From contig NW_008246095.1 in NCBI RefSeq assembly GCF_000281045.1, positions 564,526-618,410 of the forward strand: a stretch of 53,885 nucleotides of DNA, in the 5' to 3' direction. Each line of letters opens with the position of its first letter. The stretch's first letter is position 1. The notes under the pieces were generated by a model. It worked only from the letters and a program-made list of their open reading frames with translations. It was not told the origin of the DNA and did not search any database. This DNA is from Saprolegnia diclina VS20 (lineage: Eukaryota). Below, piece by piece: positions 11,105 to 23,533 of the stretch. A program made the position numbers and the translations under genes.

Positions 11105-12324
11105 GGAGCTTTGAAAAATGATTGTGGCCGACACGGCCGATCACCTTCGAACAACCTGTGCTCGTCGAAAGTGACGGGCGTTCGTAATGCACAGCCTGTC
11201 CACAGAGCACCCTCCATCCATTCTTGCATCCAACTACACACAAGGTCTGAGAGCTTGGAGGCACCAAGCGCAGACACGCGAGGTCCGATCTTAGACGATA
11301 ACGTCACCGAGGGTGGACACCTGGTGCGCTGGACCAGCAGCTACACTGTCCGCATTGCCCGCTGGTGTCGCAACGGCAACGTGTCACGTCAAGGGGACCA
11401 ACATTGCTTCCGTCCACCAATCCTAGAATGATGGTCGCATCGGAGACGCACCATGGAGCTTGAGGTTTGCTTGACCGTTCTGGGACCACGCTAGAACAGC
11501 ACGAGGGGAGAGAGAACAGACTTCTTGCGTTCCAGTGATAGGGATCTCGATCCAATACCATCTGATCCACCTCGTTTTATGGGAGCCGGCCGAGGCATGA
11601 GAGCTGTCGGACCAGAGTGGACGCAGCTGCGCTCCTCGCTTGATTATGACGGACATGTGCCAACGTGGCAGATACGACCGGTTGACTCAGATGAAGTTCT
11701 TGCGTGTGATTGTCAATTGCTGGAAAAGGTATACCACTGGTTTAGCCCGTAATACTCCCGTCCCCGTACAGCCCCCGTACCAGAGTATTGGCAGCAGTTC
11801 TTGAGTCGTACAATGGCGGCGGGAATTCACGTACCAAGCAACACGCTAGCGCTTTGGCCATCCATAGCCGCTCGTTTAACATGACTAGAGATTGGATCGT
11901 CGAGGTGGCATCGACTTCTAAATATCGCCATCGTCGGCTTTGGAGAGTTCAACCCAGAGTGTGCAGGCTTCCCGACTAGTGGAACGACGACGTACGACTT
12001 ATTCCGGTCGAGACAGGCTCGTCACAGACCCAACCTCTTTTGGTTCGTTCGCTGGCCATTATTCGACCGTGATGCAAGCATCGCAGAGGGTCCAGTCGAC
12101 GAAGAATACTAGCCTTTGCTTGCGTGGCCTTTCAGTCGACGTTGGGCGCCTTCCCGACGAAGTTAGGCACCTCAAACCCAAATACGCCAGAGCACATCGC
12201 AGGTCTCCATAGATCAGCACCCTCTATGGAACTGTCGGCGCTAGTGTCAGCACTCATGCAAGAGCTCGTATCGTTGAAGGTAGGTGTCTTTCTCTTGGAC
12301 GACGGAGACATGGAGCTGCCGACA

Positions 12325-14672
12325 CTAGCGCACGAGCTCGGCGTGCTGGTTGGACTCGTGGTTGTATTTGGCGTGTATGTGCTGGATCGAGTACTGAAGT
12401 GCGACGAGGCTCTTGATGACAACGAGCGCCGCGTTGCGCGTTGCGTCGCGCTGACCGGCCGGCAGCGCTGGAAACGGCACGAGCGACGGGTGCGTCTTGA
12501 GCTCTGGGTCGTAGCCAGCGCCATACTAGACAATCATAAAAGCTTTTGTTTGCACCGCATATATATATACCTTCCACCCGAGTGCCATGTACTCGTGGGC
12601 CCACACCTCGTGGTCGTTCTCTGCGAGCAGGTCACCGAGAATGACCAAGTCACCAGAGAGCGAGATGCGCTCAAGTGACAGCGGAAACAAGCGCGTTGGC
12701 GCCGACGCCTTGTGCGCTCGCAGCGCATAGCTGCAGACGTCCATGAGCGCAAGTAAACGACGTGCACGTACCCTAAGGCCACAATGCACTGCACCGAGGC
12801 CGTGACCGACGCCAGATTCCGGGTTTTTGCAGCGTCGTCGAGGTGCTGGTAGGGCACGAGAAGCGGGTGGATCTTCTCGTCTTCGCTGCGCTCAGGTCCC
12901 GCGCGCCACCCCTCGAGGGTCTTGGTCGTGCACCAAGCAAAGTGCACCTGCTGCGCCAGCCACACAATGTCTTGGCGAAGCCGAACCGGCAACGGGACGT
13001 TCACAATGTCGATCGGCGTTGGCGTGTACTGGTTTGTCGAACACGCTACGGTCGAGGTTGACAGGACGCTCCACAGAGCGAGGTCCTCGGACGCGGTGAC
13101 GCTCATTCGAAGTTGGTCAAACTTAAGCTGCAGGGGTGAGACCGCGCCCGACATGTCGGAGGCATCAATGACCACCTAGTGTATATATACATGAAGATCA
13201 TGAATTGTATTTGTGCAGAGAACCTCGCCGAGGGCCGCGGTGGAATGGTGGAGGTACTGCTTAGTCGCGCCGGTTGAGAGCCACGGATGCAACAGAACGT
13301 CGTCGAGCGTGATGCGTTGCGCGACATCTTTTGTCAGCATGCGCGTGATCAAGTCGGTGAGCGCCGGCGAAAGCGCTTTGGTGGTCGTCTACGCCCATTA
13401 TCAACGCTGACAAAGCGACGTATGGGAACGCACGGGAAAGATCAGTGGCGCCGTCGCAATCACATCAAAGAGCGCGAGGATGCTTTGCGCTTGGAACGGA
13501 AGTTGCCCGACGGCGAGGGCATACAAGGTGACGCCAAGAGCCCAAATGTCGGCCGCGTAACCGGAATACTCCTCCCCCGAGAGCGCTTCCGGTGACATAA
13601 ACTCGTACGTTCCTAGCCCACGTTTGAATACAATAATGCAACAACAAATGGCTCACATAACCTTTGGTGTTGATGAGCATGCCGGGTGCCGACCCCGCCG
13701 CGGCCTTGTCGTCGTCGTCGCCCTCTGCAGATACGTCGCCTTGCAACGATGTGGGCGGCGGAAAAAAGTGCGCGACGCCTAGGTCGGCTAGCTTGCACTC
13801 GCGCCCGTCGTCCGTCAAGAGGAGGTTGTCGGGCTTGATGTCGCGGTGCACGAGGTGGTTGGCGTGCAAGTACTTGAGCCCGACGGAGGCGCAGCGCAAG
13901 AGCCGCTTCAAATCCCCTTCGCCCATGATGTGTTTCGTGTGGAAGCGTTTTGTGGCTTTGTCGTACGACGCGATCGGACCGCCGCCAAGGAATTCCATGA
14001 CCAAGTACACGCAGTCATTGGCGCTGTCGTGGATGACATCGTAGAGCGATACGACGTGCGGGAGGTTGCTCACTTTACGCAAGATTGCAATTTCGCGCCG
14101 CGCGTCGTCGGGCAAGGTGCCTGGCGGCTGGCCGCGCTTGTGCGACGCCGAGAGCCGCTTCACGGCGCAGGGCTTGCCGTGCCACGTGTACAGGTACACG
14201 ATGCCGGACGCGCCGCGCCCAAGCTCGCGCACGAGCACATACTGCCCGTTCAAGACACCTCGGTGCGCCATGCGCTTCGAGATACCCGACGCGAGTCCGT
14301 GCGAACTGCGTGTGAGCGCGTCGACCCAGCGGGCGCGTTCCTTACTGGAGTCGGCGGTGAATGTGAGCTCCGTCATGCCGTGGTACAATGTCTTCAAGTG
14401 CAAAGTGAATGACGTGGCACTCTCAGACGCCTCGACGATTCGCGCGTCGATGATCTCGATGGGCCCACCAAGCAGTCGAGACCGCTTGGCACTCTCGTAC
14501 TTGCTGAGCGTGTGGCGTGCGCCGTCGAGGACACACCAACGCGCGGTCGGCGTAGGGCGCCTAGCACGACGGTGGGTGGCGGCAAGAGGTAACAAACGTA
14601 CCGCGGAGACGAGTAGAGAAGGAAGCCTTCGGCTACGATATCAACGGGCGGCGTCGATGTAAAGCGCCACAT
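12325..14672 (-). CDS. PH domain + CaMKK-like Ser/Thr kinase + two RyR repeats (7 exons)
   Basis: PH ('EGFL..RWCVL..FTADSSKERARWVDAL'). Kinase motifs GRGASG, AVK, HRDIKPDNLL, DLG, GTYEFMSPE, DIWALGVTLY, HPW. RyR repeats 'LAQQVHFAW..GWRAGPERSEDEKIHPLLVPY' and 'LAENDHEVWA..GWKYGAGYDPELKTHPSLVPF'. All are joined by frame-consistent introns. Confidence 0.85.
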
Positions 14673-15051
14673 ATTCGCACGGACAAATGAATGTCGAATG
14701 CAAATGCGATCTATTTACAGCAGCGACCGGTATACACTATACATGGACCCTAAATATATATGCTCTCTGCGATTTTGGTACCAACGTACAGGTTCCTTTT
14801 TGGCCATCGCGAGTGGCGCCAACTGCGCTGGGGACTGGAAGGAACTGTCATGGGTCAATAAGATGCTCTCTTATTGCCCCTTGCAAATACGAGAGGGTTG
14901 TGAGATGGTGGCTCCGTTGGTTGGCTTCAAACCCGTCCTTTCTACTTTGTTGCAAACAAGACGATTGTACAAGAGTGACCAAGAGTGCACCGAAGCGCAG
15001 ACTTGAGTAGACCTTGGTATGCTGCAAGAGAGATGGCAAGCACGACGCAAA

Positions 15052-15561
15052 TCATGTTGGTGGATGCCGTTTCGGTCGGGTCTCGTGGTACTTGCGGTCG
15101 ACAATTATCGCGTAGACTTGGTCGCCTGGTGCAGCCTTGGCAATGCGCTTCTGAAGCTGTGCGACGTGGCGCTTGGTCGTCGCGAGGTCTTTGGCGCTAA
15201 TCGGCGCCTCGGCGATCATGATGGCGTCGACGAGGGCGACTGCGATCTCGTGCGCGAGTGTGACCGCGGCGCCTTGCTCCGACCCGAGCATGATGCGCGG
15301 CGACGACGTACCGTCGTTGGCAAAGCCCGAGACCATCTTGACGGCGAAGAGCGGCCGCGTCTTGGCTTCGAGCTGGGAGTGCACAATGCCGTCGAGCGTG
15401 CCCTCGAAACGCTCCTTGTTGAGGACGGCGACGATGCGCTCGCACCACTCGAGGACGCTGCGCTCAAGGAGCGGGATCTGGTACCCGGCGAGGTTGAGCA
15501 TCGTGAAGAAGCACGGGCTCTTGAAGCCGAGGCTGAAGTTGACCTCCGTGCTCGGGGCCAT
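15052..15561 (-). CDS. Hypothetical protein (~170 aa)
   Basis: Open ORF with host-like codon usage and a CCAAT box just upstream (15592). No recognisable motif. Confidence 0.5.
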   Translation of the reverse strand: MAPSTEVNFSLGFKSPCFFTMLNLAGYQIPLLERSVLEWCERIVAVLNKERFEGTLDGIVHSQLEAKTRPLFAVKMVSGFANDGTSSPRIMLGSEQGAAVTLAHEIAVALVDAIMIAEAPISAKDLATTKRHVAQLQKRIAKAAPGDQVYAIIVDRKYHETRPKRHPPT

Positions 15562-16618
15562 GGCCAACGTGCAGAAAATCCCGGCTTTGCGCCAATCACA
15601 TCCGACGTGTACTTGTATAGGGGAATTTGAGAGAGCATGTCATTGGCTGTAATGTCGATCGTAACGCGCATTGGATTGGTCGTATTTCCAGAAAACACAA
15701 TATTTCATGTGTTTTAAACCAATCACACGTGTGGCGTGACCACCAAGTCGATGGATTTCTTCTTCATACCGTTCGCCGGAGGCGCGGTTCGCGCCCCGTC
15801 GGTGCTGTCAACCTCTTCTTTTCCCATTGACCGTTGGCATCGGAACCATCGAGATGGTTCATCACACGGTCGTCACCGTGTCCTTAGAGTCGGCACAGAG
15901 CTCTTGGGGCGTCTCCAAAATGTTGAGCGACTTGGTGAGTGCTTCGATCGCGGCTTCTTCGGGCACAATGACACCGTCAAGGACGGCGTGGAGCGAGTCG
16001 CCGGACATAAACGGCTCGGCGACGTACGCTACTCTTGATGATACTTTCAATCTTCTCGGGCGCCAAATACTCGCCCTGCGAGAGGTTGGAGACATGGGTT
16101 GGAGACGTTCTTCTTGCTGTCGAGAATCTTGTCATCCAAGAGCTTGGGTTTCAAACAGACAACAATAACAACGACCAAGAACAACAGCGAGGACGAGGCA
16201 ACGAAGCAGCGCACCCACTCGCACAATGGCGTGTACCGGCGACGCAAAGACGGCGTTGTCGACGAGTTTGAGAACCGCATGTCCATCGAGAGCTCCGAGG
16301 ACGAAATTGAACTGTAGGTCAATAATCACGTAGCTGTCTAGTACACTATGTTGATGGCTACACAAATACGAACGTCTTGTCGGTGCGAATGATGCAACCA
16401 GAAAGGAAGTCGGTTGCGTGACGAGAGGCTGACACCACCGAGCTTCCACATGAAGCACCACGCTGAAGTCCAAGACAGCATCACCCCGCATTGGCGTCTG
16501 TGACACGTAACATTCGCGCGGCTATGCAGACAAGCTGACGCGCTGCACGGCTTGCTCTGGAAAGGAGCTATTTCCTTGTCATTACGGCGTGGACCATGGA
16601 TGGCAGTGGCAGCACATC

Positions 16619-17055
16619 TTTATCCGGACATCTTTATCCGGATAAAATGGGCTCGGCGTCGCTGCTCGGCAGCTTGTTGACGAAGTTTGAAGTTTTTTAC
16701 AGAGTCGCGTGTTATGTTCGATATGCATAGCGCATGACTCTGGGAGCCCACAAACCAAAGAATGGTGCTCGTAGCGTGCCTACAGCCTGAGTTAGTTGCA
16801 ATTGTAAACTGGTAGTTGACTGATACCTTGATACATCGATACTAGAGTCTGTATCAGTTTCGCCAACTTGAACGGCGCATAACTCAGGCTGTCGGCACGC
16901 TGCGAGCACCATTCTTTGGTTTTTGGGCTCCCTGCGTCATGCGCTATGCATATCGAACAAAACTCGCGACTCTGTAAAAAACTTCAAACATCGTCAACAA
17001 GCTGCCGAGCAGCGACGCCGAGCCCATTTTATCCGGATAAAGATGTCCGGATAAA
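16619..17055. repeat. ~440 bp foldback palindrome (MITE-like or hairpin element)
   Basis: 16619-16794 is the reverse complement of 16880-17055 with about 8 substitutions. Weaker symmetry continues inward (ACTGATAC/GTATCAGT) to a central ATCGAT at 16835-16840. Confidence 0.92.
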
Positions 17056-17522
17056 ATATTTGCTGGCTGCCGCTTGTCCAAAAGCGTGATCCTGCCACCT
17101 AAATGATGTGCGCCTGCTAGCAATACTTTATCCTCTCGTATACAAATACCCACAAAACTACAACGATTACATACTAATTGTACAATCATACAGAACTGGT
17201 TTATGCACGCGCGCTTTGCACCAGTGGGCGCTCTTGCCCGCGTGCAATGCAGAGAGTGAGCTGTGGAGACCCGGTGAAATAATTTCGCGTATTTGGGGTT
17301 TGAGGCGGTCAGGAAGGCGGCTAATGTCCAGTAAGGGCACACAAGAGGCTAGAATTCTTCGCCGACGTCACCCTTTGCGGTGATCCAAACTCTTCGTCGA
17401 GCCTGAGGCCTTCCACGACCACCACGAACGATGAGTTCACAGCAGATGCCATAATGATGGACAACTCTGCGCAGACTGGATATCTCTTATTTACGGCGTC
17501 GGGTGTTAAATAGAAGAGTGAC

Positions 17523-18770
17523 CTACAGCAGCCCGGATTTCAGACCAATGCCCATGCGAATGCCTTGCGATTGCTTTCGGTTGTTGTTTTCAACGGCCTC
17601 GGCATACGAGACGCCAGTGTCGATCGTGATGCTCGGCTTCACCTCGGTCCTTGCGTTGGCAAGCAGTTGGAGCACGGCGGGAAACGACGGCCGCTCGGCC
17701 GGGTCGGGGTGCCAGCACGACTTCATGAGCGAGTGGAGCACCTCGGGGATATGCACACAGAGCGGCGGGCGCAAATTCTTGTGCACCACCATATACGGCA
17801 AGTTGATTGGGTCTTGGTCCAGATACGGCTTCTTGAAGCAAAATAGTTCCCTAGCCCATTAAACCATGCTAAGACGCTAACGTCATCTCTTGACGACATG
17901 TCGCACCACAAGACGATGCCGTACGAGTAGACATCAATCTTTTCCGAGTATACTTCGCCGCGGTAGACCTCGGGTGCAACCCAGCGTGGGGTGCCGCACA
18001 CAGTGTTGGCAATCGCGTCCTTCTCGAGCGACCTCGAGAGCCCAAAGTCCGAGAGTTTGCATCGAAAGAGCTCGGTGATGAGCAAATTTTCCGCCTACAT
18101 GTGCATTGCCAGTGTTTCATACAGTGGATCAAGGACCTTGATGTCGCGGTGCAAGATGATGGGTTCGAGCGAGTGCAAGTACCCGCATGCGTTCGCGCAG
18201 TCGGCGGCAATGTCGAGCACGAGGCCCCACGTGGCGCGGACCTTCTTGGACTCGACGAGCTTGAGCAGATCCAGCACCTACACGACTTGAATGTTTAAAA
18301 TTGGAGAGATGTTGATGGCCACGCACCGAGCCTTCGCAAAGCTCGGTAATCAGACAATAATTGGGGTACTCTTGGACAGCGCCGAGAAAATGCACAATGT
18401 TGGGGTGTTCGAGCAGCGACAAGATGTCGACTTCTTGCTCAAAGTCGTCGAGGTCGCTCGCCTTGTCGCCGTCTTCGCGGAGGTAAATCTTCTTGACGGC
18501 GACGCGCTTGCCCTTGACGTACGCCTCATAGACAACGCCAAAGTTGCCCGCCCCGAGCGTCGATTTCACGTCAATGTCCTTGAAGGGGACGTTGAGGCCA
18601 AAAAAGACTTCACCGAGGTTGCGCGACTCGGTGATGACATCGTCGCCCTTCTTTTTGACGCGGACACGCGCCGAGTTGGCGAGCGTCCCGGCCTTGCTCG
18701 CGTGCACAAACTTGTGCGTGTCGACCGAGATGCCTTCCGGCTCTTGCAGAATCGACGCGCCACAGCCCAT
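17523..18770 (-). CDS. TKL-group protein kinase with N-terminal myristoylation/palmitoylation motif (4 exons)
   Basis: MGCGAS N-terminus; GAGNFG, VAVK, HPNIVHFLGA, LHRDIK, DFG, GTPRWVAPE, 'CWHPDPAERPSF'. Confidence 0.9.
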
Positions 18771-19476
18771 CGCCCGCCAAGACAAATGCCAAGTTAAGTT
18801 TAGTCAGCGGCCTGGCGCGAAACGCTCGGTAGGTCGAAACGGATTGTGTCATCGCTAGCAAAGCCAATAACGAGCCGCCACAGAGGCATTAGTGGGGGGG
18901 CGGAAGAATTCGATTTGCTCGCGCGCAGGGACTGTATTACGGACCAAAGCAAGACAAATTCAATGACAAGTACAGGGTCAAATCGCAATGTTTTTCAAAC
19001 TTGCTCTGCGTTCTACTCCACACCAAATGTGTGGACAAAGGTTTTGCAATGCGGCTACGACGGTCACTTCCACCTGCGGTCGCGGACAGGACCCCTCGGA
19101 CCTTGCCAGGGCGTGAGATTCGTCCACTTGGCGACACTGCCCGCGCACCACCAACCGACTCGCGCGCTCAAGAACACTATATTGTACGCCGACAGACATT
19201 GTGTGCAAAACGAGCCAGTACAATCGAGCCACAGCGACACACCCCGCAAAAAGTCGGTGTCACATCGACGCCCCGCTTGCAGTCCGCACCTCTGGTGCTG
19301 CAGCCAGCGCCTTCTCCATCGCAGTCGAGTTCTCGTCGACGAAAAGCCGACGCGGCCGCGTCATCGCGGTACTCGCGCAAATCTTGAAACTCGCGTCGTT
19401 TGAAACGCGTATCTTTTTGACCAATCAGAACCGGGTGTCGGCTTACGCCCGTTTCCATAGTGCAACGTGCGACGTG

Positions 19477-20895
19477 ATGGGAAGGTCGCCGCGACGCATG
19501 CCAAGCTCGCCACTGCTCGAGGAAGGGACTTGCGCCCAGCGCCTGCCGTCGCCGCAGCCGCTGCTCAAGCGGCCAAGCGTCGAGACGCGGAGCCCGCAGC
19601 GGCGCAAGTCCGTGCAGCGCTCGGCCGTCGAGACGCCCCGCAGCCAGTGCGCGCTGGACCTCGCCGAGGTCTCGGCCGAGGTGTGGCTCATCACGACGCT
19701 GGCCGCCAAGCTCCTCTGGGCGCTGCGCGTCTCGTACAAGTGGGTCGCAATGTTTGTGAAGCTCCTCACATTCTCGTGCCTCCTTGCGCCGGCGTTCCTG
19801 CGCATTCTGTACTTTTGGCTCTATGACGTACGCGTGCACAAGAATATTCGGTATGGCTGCCAAGCCCGCAACCTCCTCGACATCTACATGGTGCCCGAGC
19901 CCAAGGTACGCGAGCTCTCTACATACAGCCATGTGGAGCAGGCCGTAGGCCAAGATGCCGGTCGTGGTCTTCCTCTCGGGCGGCGCGTGGATCATTGGCT
20001 ACAAGGCGTGGGGCGCGCTTATGGGCCGAGTCCTCTCGTCCTATGGCATCCTCGTCGTGACGCCCGACTACCGCAACTTCCCGCAGGGCATCATTCCCGA
20101 CATGATGGCCGACAGCAACACGGCGATTGCCTACGTCTTTGAAAACATCCACCTCTTTGGCGGCGGTACGGTCTCCGGAGTCAAGAAGCGCGCGAACTCA
20201 TTTGTGCGTAGACCCGGACAACATAACGGTCGTGGGCCAGTCGGCCGGCGCGCACATTGGAGCGCTCGTGCTGCTCGAGAGCATCGAGCGTCCAAGCTTT
20301 GCGACGTGGTCGCCGTCGCGCCTCCGCAACTTTATCGGGATCTCGGGCCCGTACAACATCCAAGAGTCGATCGAGCGATTCCACGAGCATGGCCTCGACC
20401 GCCGCGTGCTCGGACGCATCATGGCCAACGACATTGCGCACCACTCGCCCACTGACCGCGTCGTCCGGTACTTGGCTGTGTGCATGCGCGCAGTAATTAA
20501 TGGCATGGTTAGGCTGCCGCCACAAGCCGCGGCGCAGCTGCCCGTCGTGCACCTCTTCCATGGCACGGCCGACACGACCGTGCGCTGGGAGTCGACCAAG
20601 AAGTTTGCCGACGTCCTCACGCAGGCCGGCGCGACCGTGCACGTCAAGTACTACGCCAACAAGACGCACACGGACCCGATCATTGAGGTGTGTCACGTCT
20701 CTTACATCTCAAATGCAATAAGACACAACGTAGGACCCGATCGAAGGCGACGATCCGCTTTTGAACGACGTCATTGGCATCATCCGCGACTCGAGCCCGC
20801 CGTACTCGCCGAAGCTCTCGACGAGCTTCCAGCCGCCGCATCGGCTGTGCCCCAGCTTTCTCGTTCGCTGCGCGCGCAGCGTCAACCCGTTCTAG
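19477..20895 (+). CDS. Isoprenylcysteine alpha-carbonyl methylesterase (ICME)-like alpha/beta hydrolase (5 exons)
   Basis: 'RNLLDIY', '[19 protein letters not shown]', 'DYRNFPQG', nucleophile GQSAG, 'LFHGTAD', 'KTHTD', ending in 'VNPF*' as plant ICMEs do. Confidence 0.85.
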
Positions 20896-22051
20896 TTAGG
20901 CCAGTGTGGTTGAGAAAGAGTCGGCTAAGAAGCACATTGCGTGCATGCAACGCCATTATTCTGGTTCCAACGCGACTGAGAATCGCAGACACGTCCACAA
21001 CGCCATCTGGGACACATTCTGGTGCACCTGCATGAAGGCACCGGTATTGATTCTCCTTGGAAGTTGAGGCGATCGCGGGCGGTGGAATCGCAGTGGCATG
21101 GTCAATAAGTTCTGGGTCGCGCCCTGTGCTGGCAGGATGCCACGAGTTGGCACGCCGGATACGCCATGCCGGGTTTGGTCGTTGGGTATCCGGAATGCGC
21201 CAGCGGCTGTTTTTTAAATTCGTGACAAAACACAGTATTTTGTATGGCCTTGGCGCCTTCGGGAATAAAAACACACGGCCACTGCGTATGCGGACGATTT
21301 TATCCGGAGGCTTCAACCCCCCAGTTCAAGCCGTTGTTGGCAATCTTATTCATGGCCCCCCACCCCGTGCTTGGGACTTGTCTTCAACCTCGTCCAGCTG
21401 TCGCCAAATGACCGTCTTCTTCGTCGTCTTGCCTCGCGGACCCAGGTCCCTCTTGGTCGAACGATAATGCAGGAAGGGCGATGAGGATGCCAGGATGATT
21501 CTCCTCCATCGCCGTGTCCTTGCCGCTGTACACGGTAGGGTGGTGTCGATACCGAGGCAATGCGCATCTCCTTCCGGGACATGGGTTGAAGCGCGACAAT
21601 AATCCCGTCGCTTCAAAGACGCGACTCGCTCGATCACCTTCTTTGGGCAATCGAGTCAGTTGCGAGCATACCGTAGGTCACGTGGCCTGGGTGGTTTTCA
21701 TGGGTCCCTCTGTTCTTTCTTTTTGATGGGGCCCAACCCCACGCGGCAAATAAACGCCTTACAAATGCGCTGTCATTTTTATCGGATTTGGCGCGCGCAC
21801 GATCCCAGACTCGGCTGGAGTGGGACAGGTCGGGAGCCAGAAAGGGACGGGGGACATGGGATTTGCGGCCAATCAGAGGAGAAGTCGCGTCACCGCGCCG
21901 AATCCGCGGCCAATCCGATCGCGCCAAGCAGGATGGGGACCGCAAACCTGTGGTGCGCATGTTGGAGCGGCCCAAAATTCGAAGAATTTTATTTAAATAA
22001 AATAATACACTGGATTGGGTCGGTGCAATATTCAAAGAAGTGCGACGACGC

Positions 22052-23494
22052 ATGATGAGCAGCAGCGCGATGCGGAGCATGGAGGCGATCGACGTCCTTC
22101 CGCTCCATGAAGCCGACCTGGAGGAAGACGATATGCTCGAGGACGACGACGACGACGACATGATGCTGGACGACGACGATGGCGGCTGGAGCGTCGACCT
22201 CGACGACCTCGACGACAACGTCGGCAGCCCGACGAGCGTCGCGACGCCTGATGCGTATGGCTACGAAGAGCTGCTCTCGCGCGTCAACCTCTCGAGCGAG
22301 GAAGATGCGCCGTTCACGTTTCTGCTGCCAACGAGCTGCGACGACCTCATGGTGATCGACGAAGGCCGAAGCGCGCCGCCGAGCGAGTGCGGCAGCGAAG
22401 CCATTGGCGGCGACGAAACCGACTCGGACGACGTCGTGTGCTGGGGCGAGAACGAAGCCGACGAGAAGGAGTACTACGACATTGACCACCGTGTGATTTG
22501 CGACAAGCAAAACCGGTTTTGGTCGCCGGCCGACGAGACGAACAGTGGCGCGAGCAGCCCGAGCAGCGACGCCAAGCAGATGACGTCGGTAGTCGCGCCG
22601 CTGCCATCGACCAACGTGACCGAGTCGGGACGCATGGTCAACCATATTTTGGCGTCATGCCTCAAGAAGCGCAAGCTCCACGTGCCGTACAAGCACCAAG
22701 TGAAGCTCGTGAATTTCACACCGGTCGTCGCCAAGACGACGCCGACGCTCCTCTCGTCGACCAAGGCGATTATGGCGCCCGTCCGGACGCTGCCGTCGAC
22801 AATTGCCGTCTCGTCGTCGTCCTCTTCGTATAGTGCAAGCAAAGCGCCGGACGAAGCGACCAAGTCGATCGAAACGACGGTGCCGTTGGCGCCCTTCATT
22901 GCGCTGCCGTCCAACCACACGCCGACGATGAGCAAGGCGCGGGACAAGGACCACGTCATGCAGCCGAACGAAGACCGCAAGAAGATGGAGACCTCGACGC
23001 CCAAGAAGCTGCCGACGCTCGGTGTCAATGCGCCGCTTTTGACCAAGAAGGTGGCCCAAGAGAAACGCAAGCACGCAATGATGAGCATGGCGAGCGGCCT
23101 CACACTGGCGTCGTTCAAGGTGACACCGATGCCACTGCCGTCGTCGGCCGACGACTCGGACATCGACACGTTGGCGGTTGACCAAGAGCTACTGGACCTT
23201 TGCAACTCGATCACGGACACGACGTCGCGCATCTTGCGGCCAAAAGTCGACTTTATGCCGCTGCCGGACCTCGGCTGCATGCCCCAGGACCTACGCGACC
23301 TCAAGCTCAAGATTGAGGCCACCGAAGTCAAAGTCGAGGGCACCAAGCACCGGCACCGCAAGGGCGGGCCGTGTCCGCGCTGTCAAGTGCAAAATCAGCT
23401 CCGCGCGGCCAAGCGAGGTAAGCTCTTGGACCTCTCTACCTTTCTGCTCATGCTATATCTAGCGCTCCTCTGCCGCATGAAACGCTACAAGTAA
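22052..23494 (+). CDS. Hypothetical acidic/low-complexity protein with C-terminal HxH..CxxC motif (likely intron 23418-23462)
   Basis: Long ORF with strong coding bias, D/E-rich N-terminus, S/T/P-rich middle, and 'KHRHRKGGPCPRC'. Several CCAAT boxes lie upstream. Confidence 0.7.
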   Translation: MMSSSAMRSMEAIDVLPLHEADLEEDDMLEDDDDDDMMLDDDDGGWSVDLDDLDDNVGSPTSVATPDAYGYEELLSRVNLSSEEDAPFTFLLPTSCDDLMVIDEGRSAPPSECGSEAIGGDETDSDDVVCWGENEADEKEYYDIDHRVICDKQNRFWSPADETNSGASSPSSDAKQMTSVVAPLPSTNVTESGRMVNHILASCLKKRKLHVPYKHQVKLVNFTPVVAKTTPTLLSSTKAIMAPVRTLPSTIAVSSSSSSYSASKAPDEATKSIETTVPLAPFIALPSNHTPTMSKARDKDHVMQPNEDRKKMETSTPKKLPTLGVNAPLLTKKVAQEKRKHAMMSMASGLTLASFKVTPMPLPSSADDSDIDTLAVDQELLDLCNSITDTTSRILRPKVDFMPLPDLGCMPQDLRDLKLKIEATEVKVEGTKHRHRKGGPCPRCQVQNQLRAAKRGKLLDLSTFLLMLYLALLCRMKRYK

Positions 23495-23533
23495 TAGCAC
23501 CTCTAATCTTATGGACACGAACTAATTTTCTAA

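Noticed and set aside
11130..12320. Long intergenic stretch with short CCCGTA repeats (~11746-11780)
   Set aside because: No convincing ORF, TIR or RNA-gene structure; repeats too short to support a call.
12132..12533. Ser-rich minus-strand ORF
   Set aside because: Alternate frame of the final RyR exon plus 3' UTR.
15751..16322. Possible small gene (either a plus-strand spliced model or a minus-strand TM-containing model)
   Set aside because: Strand and exon structure could not be resolved and there is no recognisable motif.
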